NCBI RefSeq assembly: GCF_009914755.1 | Contig: NC_060934.1 | Direction: 5' to 3' (one strand) | Source of the DNA: the human T2T-CHM13v2.0 reference genome, Homo sapiens | DNA: 64,000 bases | Part shown: piece after piece, positions 39,786 through 54,360 of the stretch | Layout of the letters: each line of letters begins with the position of its first letter | How positions within the stretch are numbered: the stretch's first letter is position 1 | Position numbers and translations under genes: made by a program | Notes under the pieces: generated by a model | Database searches by the model: none | Seen by the model: only the letters and a program-made list of their open reading frames with translations | What the model was told of the DNA's origin: nothing

Positions 39786-42476
39786 ACACCCACATCCACA
39801 CCTTATCCAGGTGACACCCACACCCACACCTTATACAGGTGATACCCACACCCACACCTTATCCAGGAGACACCCACATCCACACCTTATCCAGGAGACA
39901 CCCACATCCACACCTTATCCAGGTGACACCCACACCCACACCTTATACAGGAGACACCCACATCCACACCTTATCCAGGCGACACCCACACCCACACCTT
40001 ATACAGGCGACACCCACACCCACACCTTATCCAGGCGACACCCACACCCACACCTTATACAGGCGACACCCACACCCACACCTTATCCAGGCGACACCCA
40101 CACCCACACCTTATACAGGCGACACCCACACCTTATCCGGGCGACACCCACGCCCACACCTTATCCGGGTGACACCCACGCCCACACCTTATCCGGGTGA
40201 CACCCACACCTTATCCGGGTGACACCCACACCTTATCCAGGCGACACCCACACCCACACCTTATCCAGGCGACACTCACACCCACACCTTATCCAGGCGA
40301 CACCCACACCCACACCTTATCCAGGCGACACCCACACCCACACCTTATACAGGCGACACCCACACCCACACCTTATCCAGGCGACACCCACACCCACACC
40401 TTATACAGGCGACACCCACACCCACACCTTATCCAGGCGACACCCACACCCACACCTTATCCAGGCGACACCCACACCCACACCTTATACAGGCGACACC
40501 CACACCCACACCTTATACAGGCGACACCCACACCTTATCCGGGCGACACCCACGCCCACACCTTATCCGGGCGACACCCACGCCCACACCTTATCCGGGT
40601 GACACCCACACCTTATCCAGGTGACACCCACACCCACACCTTATACAGGCGACACCCACACCTTATTCAGGCGACACCCACACCCACACCTTATCCAGGC
40701 GACACCCACGTCCACACCTTATCCAGGCGACACCCACACCCACACCTTATCCAGGCAACACCCACACCCACACCTTATCCAGGCAACACCGACACCCACA
40801 CCTTATCCAGGCAACACCCACACCCACACCTTATCCAGGCGACACCCACACCCACACCTTATCCAGGCGACACCCACGTCCACACCTTATCCAGGCGACA
40901 CCCACACCCACACCTGATCCAGGTGACACCCACGTCCACACCTTATCCAGGCGACACCCACACCCACACCTTATCCAGGCGACACCCACACCCACACCTT
41001 ATCCAGGCGACACGCACACCCACACCTTATCCAGGCGACACCCACATCCACACCTTATCCAGGCGACACCCACACCTTATCCAGGCGACACCCACACCCA
41101 CACCTTATACAGGCGACACCCACACCTTATCCAGGTGACACCCACACCCACACCTTATACAGGTGATACCCACACCCACACCTTATCCAGGCGACACCCA
41201 CGTCCACACCTTATCCAGGCGACACCCACACCCACACCTTATCCAGGTGACACCCACACCCACACCGTATACAGGCGACACCCACACCCACACCTTATCC
41301 AGGCGACACCCACGTCCACACGTTATCCAGGCGACACCCACACCCACACCTTATCCAGGCGACACCCACACCCACACCTTATCCAGGCGACACCCACGTC
41401 CACACCTGATCCAGGCGACACCCACACCCACACCTTATCCAGGCGACACCCACACCCACACCGTATACAGGCAACACCCACACCCACACCTTATACAGGC
41501 GACACCCACACCCACACCTTATCCAGGCGACACCCACACCCACACCTTATCCAGGCGACACCCACACCTTATCCAGGCGACACCCACACCCACACCGTAT
41601 ACAGGCGACACCCACACCCACACCTTATACAGGCGACACCCACACCCACACCTTATCCAGGTGACACCCACACCCACACCTTATCCAGGCGACACCCACA
41701 CCCACACCTTATCCAGGCAACACCCACACCTTATCCAGGCGACACCCACACCCACACCTTATCCAGGCGACACCCACACCCACACCTTATCCGGGCGACA
41801 CCCACGCCCACACCTTATCCGGGCGACACCCACGCCCACACCTTATCCGGGCGACACCCACGCCCACACCTTATCCGGGCGACACCCACGCCCACACCTT
41901 ATCCGGGTGACACCCACGCCCACACCTTATCCGGGTGACACCCACACCTTATCCAGGCGACACCCACAGCCACACCTTATCCAGGTGACACCCACACCTT
42001 ATCCAGGTGACACCCACACCCACACCTTATCCAGGTGACACCCACACCTTATCCAGGTGACACCCACACCCACACCTTATCCAGGTGACACCCACACCCA
42101 CACCTTTTCCGGGTGACACCCACACCACACCTTATCTGGTAACACCCACATCCACACCTTATCTGGGTGACACCCACGTCCACACCTTATCCGGGTGACA
42201 CCCACGTCCACACCTTATCCGGGTGACATCCATACCCACACCTTATCCAGGTGACACCCACATCCACACCTTATCCAGGTGACACCCACATCCACACCTT
42301 ATCTGGGTGACACCCACATCCACACCTTATCCGGGTGACACCCACGTCCACACCTTATCCGGGTGACATCCATACCCACACCTTATCCGGGTGACACCCA
42401 CATCCACACCTTATCCAGGTGACACCCACCTCCACACCTTATCCGGGTGACACTCACATCCACACCTTATCCACGT
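39786..42476. repeat. 28-bp VNTR, about 2.7 kb, roughly 100 units
   Basis: Unit GACACCCACACCCACACCTTATCCAGGC with interspersed 22-bp variants lacking one CCCACA. Confidence 0.98.
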
Positions 42477-43117
42477 GAGTTCTTTGCCAAGTCTTCTGCT
42501 TTTCTGTGGGCTAGATTTTCTTGAAGAAGTGATCTTGCTAAAAAAAATATATATTTGAAAAGTAATGAATTTGACTCCTCACAACTAACACACCATAGAT
42601 TCAGTCCCATTTTCATAAGCAGACGCTAACTGTGCTCTAAATGAAAATATCACTCCCAAAACCTGATCTTCCATTGTATAGACACATACTCTTTCACCGT
42701 TAGGAGAATGTGGCAAAAGAATTCAACTGGTATTTTCCCACTATCATTACAATGTATTGAGCTATGTTTTTTAAATAAAATAAATTATTCTAACAGTGGA
42801 TATGCAAAGTATCAATAATCATAGACAACTTTGTACCAGTAACAGGTTTTAAGTCTATCCCTCTCCTTTGTCCCCTCCTCCCCCTCCTCGCTTTGCCCCC
42901 AGGACTGATGTCAACACTTACTCATTTTCCTCAGTGTGTTTTTGATTTTCCTGAATCACTGCAACTCCCTGAGTATTCTTCCAGGTTCCAACTTTCTTAT
43001 TTTAGCATTTAAAACAATTGTCATTCTTCTTTTTCATTTAAGCCTCATCACTTTGCTCAGACTCACCATAAAATATGCTTTCTTTATTTTTGCTGTAACT
43101 CTCCAACCTAGAATAGC

Positions 43118-43522
43118 TATGGTGGTCACTGTGGCTCACCAAGTATTTATAAATTTTGGCCTTCCTGGCCATGCCATAATTTCACTCTGTGATCTCTTGC
43201 GATTGAGAGGTGCCACGTGATTAATCTTACCTAACAAATTTTGAGCAGAAATAATTGCATGTCATTTTGAGCATGAAGCATTTAGTTGCCGGTGTGAAGC
43301 TCTCCAGAGGTCTATTTCCTTCTGGCAAAGTGACCTTCAGTGTCTAAGGTGGTAGCTGCGCTGACAGCTTGGGTTCTTGAGAAACTCCAATAAACACAGC
43401 CCCCAGCTAGCTTGCCGTGCATTTGCAGTAGCGATGAAACATACAGCTTTGTTCTTTAACCCACTAAGATGTGGGGGTTTGTATGTTAATGCATCAGAAC
43501 CTGGGCTAACCTAACTGATAAA
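43118..43522 (+). mobile_element. MLT1I/J-type MaLR LTR
   Basis: GCCACGTGA, TGAGCAGAAAT, GAAGCATTTAGTTGCCGGTGTGA, CCACTAAGATGTGGGGGTTTGT..TAACTGATA. Confidence 0.7.
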
Positions 43523-43630
43523 AGTAATTAACACACTAGGAAACTAAAACAGCCTGAAGTGTATCCAGTTCTTTGAGTTCCGTGGGATGCATTCAGAAAG
43601 TAGCCTGTTGGCAAAGTGGCTTTTTGTATC

Positions 43631-43810
43631 TTCTCTTCCTGTTCCCTGAGTTCATCTGGGATAAAATTTACAGCTTTCTGATCACCTTTCAGTAAAAATG
43701 TGAGTCCTACTTTAGTAATTTCTCTTCCTGTTCCCCGAGTTCATCTGGGATAAAACTTACAGCTTTCTGATCACCTTTCAGTAAAAATGTGAGTCCTACT
43801 TTAGTAATTT
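43631..43810. repeat. 89-bp near-perfect tandem duplication
   Basis: Copies start at 43631 and 43720; two substitutions seen. Confidence 0.95.
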
Positions 43811-44149
43811 AAATCATTTAAAATATCACTCTCAAAGCCAGCCAAAGCATCTCCTATTTCCTCCTCACTCTCTCATCCCCAGTTCAGCTCTGAATCTGTT
43901 GAAGACCCGCGGAAGGGGAGGCCTGCTCCTGGTTTGCTCTGCCATTTCACTCCCACATTTACAGTTTTCTGTTGCTGCTTTTAATTCTACCAAGTCAGGG
44001 AGGAGAAGAGGGCGTTCAGCAGAAATTGAGTAAAGGCGTTAACAAGGTGACTCTAGCTCTGCAAGGAGCTCCCCCAGACCTCATGACCTGAAGGCAGGAG
44101 TTGGTGTCCAGGTGTCCACGCAGCAAGGGAGGCATCAGGACAGTCACAG

Positions 44150-44540
44150 TGAGAGTGGTCTCTGCTTTGTCTCGGACCTCGGCTGGGAAGACTCGGTGAC
44201 TGAGGGTGACTTTGATGCAGAGCTGGGGTCCCTGGAGCCTTCATCACTCCCAGGCTCAGAGTCTCTTCAAGATGGGGATGGTTCCCCATGCTTCCTGCGG
44301 CCTCTCCGTGGAGCTGGGCTTCCTTACAGCTGGATCCTGGAGGTCCTCAGACTCCTTCTGCGAATGGGGGATCTGAGCTCCAAGTAAGAGCGGCCTGGCA
44401 GAAAGAGTGAATACTGTACTGCCTTCATGACTTAGCCTCCAGGGTCCCATAGCTCACTCCCACTCTTCTCTACCTGTTAAAATAGCTATAGCCCCACCCA
44501 CAGTCACGGGGACAGGAATGAGAACCACTTCCTACAGCGG
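44150..44540 (-). mobile_element. Probable old MLT1 (H/J/K-like) LTR relic
   Basis: GGGCTTCCTTACAGC, TGCCTTCATGACTTAGCCTC..GTCCCATAGC.TCACT, CCCACCCACAGTCACGGGGA. Confidence 0.5.
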
Positions 44541-45039
44541 GTGACCGGGCTGCGCTGTGGTGAAGTACCTGACAGAGGAAGATCCTGGGCCCTCCTGGAG
44601 ATCAGAGTCCACCAGACTGGTGCCCCACCCCATCTGAGACCCACGCTCAGGCTCACGTGCTGGGAATGAGGCAGGCTCTTCTCAAGACCCCGGGGACCTC
44701 AGCACAGGAGGCCTCATTGAGTGGAAATTGCTTTTAAGAACCCCGTGGGCACCTGCCCCTCAACTACTTACTATGACTTGCTGGGAAGCCACTACCAGCC
44801 GCCTTGCTCCCCAGGGAGGGAGAGTGGAGCCGAGGCCGGCCCTGCTGCGGGCTGCAGCACCCACGTTCCCGCAGATTCCTGCATCCTAAAGCACCAGGAG
44901 CAGCAGGGGACCCCGCCTATTGTCCCCCGTCCCTGTTGCCCCCACCTCCACTTCCACAAGATCTCCCCCACCTCCTGCCCTACTGCAAGGATGGAAAGTC
45001 CGTGGCTCCAGGACTCACACCCCTGAGGGCTTCTACAAC

Positions 45040-45149
45040 TCAGCTGCCTTCAGCTACGGAGGCAGCTCCGGGCTCTCCTTCTACCTGGCTCCTGTCAGCT
45101 GCCTTCAGCTACGGAGGCAGCTCCGGGCTCTCCTTCTACCTGGCTCCTG
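45040..45149. repeat. 55-bp perfect tandem duplication, each unit with a hairpin
   Basis: TCAGCTGCCTTCAGCTACGGAGGCAGCTCCGGGCTCTCCTTCTACCTGGCTCCTG twice. Confidence 0.95.
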
Positions 45150-45246
45150 GAATCTTTGGCTGGGTGACCCCTCACTTGGCTCCGATGCTAGGGGAAGGGA
45201 AGAAGCACACTCTGCCTCAGCCGGGAACTCATTACTGGATGAGGAA

Positions 45247-45717
45247 TGCTATGGACTGCAGGTCTGTGTCCCCCCAAATCCATGTGTTGGAACCCCAACC
45301 CCTAATGGGATGGCATGAGGAGGTAGGGCCTTTGGGAAGTGACGAGGTCATGGGGTGGCGCCCTGTGATAGGCTCAGTGTCCTTCTAAGCAGGGACACCG
45401 GGAGAGAGTACACTTCCTCCCTGCTCCCCTCCAAGTGAGAAGATCAGACACGGAACCACCAGCAGCTTCATCTTGGACTTCCAGGTGAGAAGGTGGCAAA
45501 CTCAGGTGCAGGCCTGGATCAGACACGGAACCACCAGCAGCTTCATCTCGGACGTCCAGGTGAGAAGGTGGAAAACCCAGACGTAGGCCCTAATCAGACA
45601 TGGAACCCACTGGCACCTTGATCTCGGACGTCCAGCATCCTGAGCTCAGACAGCTACACTTAGATTTGTAACCCCCATCTACGGTATTCTCTTACAGCAC
45701 TTGAACTGACAAAGACA
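45247..45717 (+). mobile_element. MLT1A-type LTR with an internal 75-bp tandem repeat
   Basis: TGCTATGGACTG..GTGTCCCCCCAAAT, GGGCCTTTGGGAAGTGA, ends TGAACTGACAAAGACA; internal units start at 45443, 45518 and 45593. Confidence 0.82.
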
Positions 45718-47905
45718 GCCGCTCCAGCTCCTGGGATCCCGGTCATCATTTGACCTGGGCAGGAGACAGATGAGGGCCAATTCTTAGTGGAAAGCATTTC
45801 ACTCTCTTTAGACTCCCAGGGTAATGATACAAATTAATGATACATATTGTCTTCAACTTTGGTGACTTAGGCTGAAATTCTGAGAGAACTGAAGTCCCTT
45901 CAACACTAGTTACACAGCCGAATATAGGAAAGGACATTGGATTATCAGAAATGAAGAATTTAGAATATACTTTCTGCAAGATGCAGGGCATTCGGCTCTG
46001 AAAGGAGGAGAAGATGCCGTCAGATGCGGTGGATCATGTCAGTGCCCTTCACATAGCTTTGATTGTAGCAAAGGATGCAATAAAAATTAATAAAAAATTA
46101 ATTGCCTGCTATTAAGCTTGAACACCAAACCCAAGTTCACAAGAAGAACCAACAAAAACCTTAAGAGGGAAGGTCTTATTCCTCTCTTTAGTGAAGCTGT
46201 TTCCAACAAAGTCACCAAACCGAATGCACTGCGGCATTCTCTTGTAAGGGTGAGAACCCGCGGAAACTCAGGGGCTGTGCCTGCTGCTGCAGCGTTCAGC
46301 AGAATTGCAGCGTTTCAGGTTTCCGGTTTTATCAATTTCCCTTCACAGCTTCTCATCCCAGCTCTGGTGTTTGACAGTTTTATTTCCTTAACTCATTAAA
46401 TATTCAATGATTCATAATAACAATTTTCCATGTAATTTTATTGTTCTCATTCTGGCATCAAATTCTTGTACCAAATACCAAAAGTAGAAAATACCCACTT
46501 TAAATAAGGACATTTTAGTTGCCATTTTCCTTGCATTCTATTATCAAAAGGAGCTTGTTGCAAAAGACTTCCAGATATTACTGAACGATGTCTCACTATT
46601 GTAACTCGGTGCAAATGAGAATTATGAAACAAAAAAGCCAGGAAGGCAGGAATATTCAACCAGTATCACACTAACTAGAGAGGAAGCTAAGAGAGTGTGA
46701 AATCAAAGAATAATCAATTTCCTAAAGGAACCAGGTGCTGCTCATGCCATGGCAGGTTATTTCAAGGGCACAAGAAAGGCAGGGGAGGCTGCAGAAGTTT
46801 GATTGAGAGGAATATAGTGGAAGATGAAGAAGCAAGCCTGGGTTTTTCCACTGAAGAAAGCGGCTCCTGCCTGCAATCTACTGTTTACAATACACTTCTA
46901 GAGTTTGACAGGATGGTGCTTTCAGGCCAAAAAAAAAAAAATGCTGGTGTGGGTGCAAAAGTCACTCCTAATGGTGCTTGCAGGAGGCCATGAATTCTAG
47001 AATAGCCTCTCAGGAGGCTGAGCCACGGAAGGCAGTGTGTAGACCTGTCTTACCCAAGTATTCAAATCCTTGCTCTGTGGTTTACAAGCTGCCAGCTTTG
47101 AAGCTCAGATTTTTCCTGTCTTCATTTCCTTTTAGTGTAGTTCAGTGTCCAGGTTCCAGCATTTCCACAGCACCCTCCGGAGTTCCTGACACTCCTTCTT
47201 TCATCCCCCCATGGCGCGAAAGGCGGCTTCAGTGGATCAAGGGTCTTCATGTTTTGACACTATGAGGAGAAGCCCCACACAGGGCAGGCAGGACCCACTG
47301 TCAATTCAAGCTCAACAGCCTCCAGTGAAATGTAAGGATGACGCCCCATGCTGGACAGATGCCATGAGTTCCCCACTGCTCTTGGAACATGTGTTCAAAT
47401 CCCAAGTATACTTCCAGTGGGAGGTACCCCATGCCCTCTCTAGCCCCCTCCACCCCAGTCACGTGGAGGAACATTTCCTCCCATGTCGTTCTCGTTCATC
47501 TGTCTTTCAATTTGTTAAAAAGACTTCCACCTTTGTTGCTCATCTTGGCATGAGGAAGAAATTCATGAGACTTTAATAAAAAGTCCAAAGCCAACACAAC
47601 CATCTAAACATCCGAACAAACCTGTTCTGGTGAGGAAACTGCAGACGTGTGTTTTTCCAGAGGCACAAGAGTTAGGAAATGAAGTAATCAGGGCAGAAAC
47701 ATCCTCCGATATGTAAAAGGAGGCCTGATTAAAATGGATGGCTAAGCCACACCTTAGTATAGTATTACTTATTGACAATATTTGCAGAAGAACAACAGCG
47801 CTTTGAAGAGACTAAACTAGTGACTAAGTTGGATTTCTCAGGTGTTTTGAATCCCTCAAATTGCAATTACATGTCAGGTCTTTAAAACAAACAACATACA
47901 ATCAT

Positions 47906-48200
47906 GGCCGGGCACGTGGCTCACACCTGTCATCCTAGCACTTTGGGAGGCCAAGTCAGGCAGATTGCCTGAGCTCAGAAGTTCGAGACCAGCCTGGGCA
48001 ACATGGTGAAACCCAGTCTCTACTAAAATAGAAAAACAGAAATTAGCTGCATGTGGCAGCGCAGCTATAATCCCAGCTACTTGGGAGGCTGAGGCAGGAG
48101 AATTACTTGAATCCGGGAGGCGCAGTTTGCAGTGAGCCAAGATCAAGCCGCTGTACTCCAGCCTGGGCACGAGACTCCATCTCTCAAAAGAAAAAAAAAA
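47906..48200 (+). mobile_element. AluS-type element
   Basis: Full dimer with A tail, small right-arm deletion. Confidence 0.93.
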
Positions 48201-48511
48201 TTGAGTTCTAGCAAATTGTCGATAACGGTGTCTCATTTCTTGTAACTGGCATTTTAAAATCCGTTCCATCAAAGTAAATAAATACAAGCCAAATACTCCT
48301 ATAAATGTGACAGAGAAAGGCGATATTTTCAGAGGACATCCGTAAGAAGGAAGCCTGGATTCACCAAGATGACATTTGGTTGTTCCCAGCTGACCCCTCC
48401 CAGCGGGAGTTTCCTCGCATGACAACCCACCTCTGTGCCCCTCATTCAGCTTCACTTGCTCCGTGGAAACCGTTTGAGCATCGACTTCCTACAGCAGATT
48501 TCATGCACCAT

Positions 48512-48680
48512 AGCTGTGCTGGCAAATCCTGCATCCACAGGCAACTTGTGGCCATTTAAATCTGAGTGGAATTAATTAAAATTAAATACAATTAAAAACC
48601 CAGGTTTTCAGCCCCACCAGCCACATTTCACGGGTTCGGTCACCACCTGTTGCTGGGGGACGGACAGGTGCAGGCATTTC
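48512..48680. mobile_element. MER3-like DNA transposon relic
   Basis: TGTGGCCATTTAAAT..AATTAATTAAAATTAAATA.AATTAAAAA..CAG..CCAGCCACATTTCA. Confidence 0.65.
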
Positions 48681-49206
48681 TCCTACAGAAGTGCTTTTGG
48701 ACAGTGCCTGTCACGGCTTTTCCTTTCACAATATGCGTGATAAGTTCCTTGACGTAGCAAAGAAAACTGGACTCCCCACAGCATCCACCTATTAGCTCCA
48801 AGCAGTATACATTAAAATAACACCTTGTTATTTTTGTATATGCTAGAATTTCAAACACTGGTCCAGCTGTTAACTCAGTAATCGGAACTGTCAGGCCCTC
48901 CCAGAACAGATACTCATTTAGTATAGAAGAGAGCCAAACAATAATAGTCATTGTAATAGTAATAGCGGTGATAATTATAGTTAATGTTATGCAAATTACT
49001 GGAAAACTGGTGCTATAAAAAGACTCACTTCATAATGCCACAAATATATTTCGACCAAGGGCTTCTACAAAATTGCAGGCCACTTTACTATCTCTTCTGC
49101 ATCTGTCTCTTCTGTTCTGTTTTCTCTCAGTGGCAGCAACCTCTTATCTTTCATTTCTTTCCTCATTCATACAGGCATCTGTGAAACGGATACGTTTACA
49201 TTTGAT

Positions 49207-50156
<950 letters not shown>

Positions 50157-50920
50157 CTAAACCATATTAAACAAAAAAAATAAGTGCTTCACAATAAAAT
50201 ATTAAAACTGTAAAATTAACTTTATAACTAAAATTTAAATAAGGTGAAAGGGATCTCCTTATCAGAAGCAGTTTTTCCCTTTAGTCTAATCGTTCACACT
50301 CATTATCACTAATTTCTTAATAAGAAAAATATGCATATGTAATGTTAACTAAGACTTAACCAACACTGAATTTTTCAAAAGTGCCAAGTGACTTTCAGAC
50401 AAGAATATATCCATCAAAAGAACTTTCCAAAGGAGAAGAGGAAAATTATCCTAACTTTAAAGATGAATTATATCACTTTGTAGATTCCAGTCAAATGAAG
50501 CATTGAAATAGGATAGACTGAACATAAAACCAGATGAGGTATTATTTAGAAATGTCCTTCTGAATTATACTTATTCAGTGTGGAAAATGGTATCTGTTTC
50601 CTAATAGACTATGTGCTATTGAAGATAAGGAAGATGTTGTTTGAAGTTTATAAGAAATAAATTTTTTCATAATAATGAATGAATTGTGTGTGCCTGACAA
50701 AATGGCTTAGTAATCACAGAATGAAGATGAAAGAGAAATTTGATTATCCTGATTAATGATGATACTACAAAGGTGTCTCAAGAGTAGTGCGAGGCATGTG
50801 CAGGATTAATAAATACTGCTCGATTATTTGCAAAACTGCTGCTGATTGTGCTGAAGTATTAGCGGATGTGTTGATGTCTTTGCAATTGCAAGGAGGCTGC
50901 CATTTTGCTAGACGGGGTAA

Positions 50921-51320
<400 letters not shown>

Positions 51321-51714
51321 GGGACAATCTCTTTTATGAGCGAAATTGGTTGGAGATGAAACAGCTTACCACTCTGACTCTGAAGTGAGTGACACCATAT
51401 TTTAGAAGTTGTGTCCTTCTAAAAAAGCCTTCTATAAAAACAAATTCATGCAAATAAAGCAACGAAGATTTTAAAATATACCTTAGCCAATATGGAGTGA
51501 GAATATGAGTATTTTTGCACAAATTAGAAATTGTTGGTGTAAATTAAGCCAAGGGTGAGATAAAGAAGAAACTTTCTGGCTGTGAACAGGAGGAAAGAGT
51601 AGGCAGATATCTTTTTTATTATTATTATTTAGCTAGAAAATGAGGTGTTAATGGATGCCATCAAGTTTTTTGAGTTTTTCAATGTGGTGGAGGGTCTCAC
51701 AAAGCTGCAGCCCT

Positions 51715-52079
51715 GTGTGCAGCTTCTCTGATATGGAGATTGGCCTGCACTGTGCTCCCCAGGGTGTGCTCTGGGCATAGCCATTCTGGAAGGGAAGAAG
51801 CTGGAAGGGAGCAACGTTGCAGGAGAAAAGTTGGCCTCTGATGCCTTCTCCACCAGTGCTTCCGGAGAGCCTGCAAGATGCAGAGGCTGGACGGCCTAGG
51901 TTACCCCTGCATCCACAAGCAGTTGATGGAGTCTGTCTAGGAGCAGCTGACTTTCTTCAGCCAAGCAATCCCTGAAGGTGGCTGAAAGCTGAGCTTCTTC
52001 TGGCTACAGTCACAGCAGCTTGGCAAATAACTCCTCAGCGTGACAGGGATGGGGCAGGTGACTTGCAGCCTTCTCTACG
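51715..52079 (-). mobile_element. LTR16A-like ERVL LTR
   Basis: GGAGATTGGCCTGCA, GTGCTCTGGG, CTTCAGCCAAGCAATCCCTGAAG..GGCTGAAAGCTGAG, CAGCAGCTTGGCAAATAA, ends CTACG. Confidence 0.6.
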
Positions 52080-52099
52080 ACCAGCTGCAGTGGCAATGC

Positions 52100-53278
52100 A
52101 GGAATTCTGTTTCCAGCTGCATAGCCAACTCAGTATGGAAACTGACCCTCCAATTGGAAACTAAATGGACAGAATATTAATAAAATACACTTTAATATTA
52201 TTTTTATTGCACCAATAATTTTTTTAATACCAAGAAGATTCTGCAGAGGTCAACACTGAGTAAGAACAGGAGGAAAAGAGATGAACAAAGCTCTGACTTG
52301 TCTTTTACCCTGAAGATATTTTCCAAACACAAGTGAATTTAACCTTTTTCAGAGCTTTGAAGGAAGCTAGAGACAAGAGATTAAGTCTACCAGCCCCTAA
52401 AAATGATACATCGGATAGGACACCTTATAATAAACTGGAACCCAGGGAAACACATGTAAGGGTCATGGTGAACTAATACTTACCACTCTCTGGGAAAAGA
52501 GGAAAGAAATGTGTGTAAATCAATTTTATCACTGGGTGGAGAGGTTGCTCTCTCATGCCGAGAGCTTGCACGCACAGTGGAGCTGCACATGGGTCTGCCA
52601 CTTGCCTACTCCATACCTGGGTGGGTAAAATGAAAACTCACCTGGAAATTTAATTCAGAAAACCCAATTGGCAGTATGCACAGTGAAATTGCAGAATCAA
52701 CTGTGATTTTCCCTACAAGATTCCACATTTAACCTCAATCACTTCTCAGAGAAAAACTTCCATAAACAGTGCAAGTTCATAGTTAATAGTCAAGGTAACC
52801 AAACAAAAACAGCATACTAGGAGCAAGAGCCAGAAGGAACAATAAAAAACAGAATCAAAACTGAAAAGCCTCCAAATATTATAACACTGGCAGAATATAA
52901 AATGGATGCTAAAATGTTTAACGAAAAGAAAGTCTTAAATATCAGCAAAGGCTATGAGTCCATCAAAAAACATCAGGTAGATTTGAAAAAAGTAATGTAT
53001 CAAATAAAATATATATAAATTTTAAAAAATTAATATTAAAATATTATTACATGAATCTAACCACAGATTAGAGGTATTTGAAGAGAGAATATTTAAACTG
53101 GAAGCAAATTACAAAAACATCCAAAATTCAACATAGAGGGATGACATTGGGAAAACATTGAGAAATTAATTGCAAAAATTCTCATTTGAAAGAAATTATC
53201 ATGCATAGAATTGGAGTCATAAAAAGAAAAGAAAGACAAAATAAACAAAACATAAAGCACTAATACCTGTGTGTGTGT

Positions 53279-53324
<46 letters not shown>

Positions 53325-53760
53325 GTAAAAGAAATTGCTTTTCAAAGTCAGGAATTACAAAAAGACCCCAACTTAAATATACAAAAAAAAAAAAAAAAAT
53401 CCACAGCATCATAGAGAAACGAAAGAATACCATAACCAACGCAAAGCAACACGTCATAAAAGCGGCTAGATAGATAGATGACCTACAAATGAAATAAATT
53501 TGTGCTGAAGTTGGTTTTTCAATGACAATAATGGAAGTCCTGAACCAGTGAGCGTCTTCAATACATTGGTGGAATAATAAATGTCAGCCTGGGACCGTGT
53601 GCCGTGAGAAAATGTGTTTCAGGAGTGAGGGCAAAAATCAAGGCTTCTCAGGAAATCAATGAAACAAACAAAAAAACTGTTTTTGCCGTCACTATCCCCT
53701 AATGAAAGGAACTTCTAAACTCCATTTCCGACATAGCAAAAGCGACATCACAGTAGCTGA
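52100..53760 (+). mobile_element. Old L1M 5'/ORF1 relic containing a (TG)n run at about 53268-53318
   Basis: A-rich strand; CAGATTAGA..TGAAGAGAGAAT..AAACTGGAAG, ACAATAATGGAAGTC..CAGTG. Confidence 0.6.
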
Positions 53761-54026
53761 GTGTGAGGCATGTCTGGCAGAGACCACAGTTTTGGGAACT
53801 TAAACAGACATTGCCAATGTGTTCTTCAAGGTCGAGAAGCTCCTTTAGGATGAAAAACACACCCCCTGTGAATTTTTTCCAGGTGGGGAAGATGTCATGG
53901 AGTAGAAGCGTTCTTAATTTCCTTGCATCAAATTTCAAACCAAAATATGCAGATGAACACGAATAAAATAAGAACTAAAGCGGCTACTTTCCAAATTAGT
54001 ATAGGAGAAATAGTTAAGAAGATTTA

Positions 54027-54360
<334 letters not shown>

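Noticed and set aside
39760-42038. Long Thr/Pro/His-rich mucin-like ORFs
   Set aside because: The 28-bp unit cycles through all three frames; VNTR artefact.
39786-42476. Resemblance to CRISPR arrays, bacterial REP (CCTTATCCGG) or yeast TG1-3 telomere
   Set aside because: No unique spacers or cas genes, primate context, and only short chance similarity.
44804-45388. 194-aa ORF in a GC-richer stretch
   Set aside because: Non-ATG start, spans a tandem duplication and runs into an MLT1A LTR; no known domain.
45746-47800. Unique ORF-dense stretch considered as a processed pseudogene or terminal exon (two AATAAA near 46079-46094)
   Set aside because: No recognisable protein similarity, poly-A tail or TSD; AATAAA is common in AT-rich DNA.
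47874-48455. 193-aa ORF and the many similar Alu-overlapping ORFs (e.g. 54121-54675)
   Set aside because: Typical antisense-Alu translations (LECSG, SPASAS).
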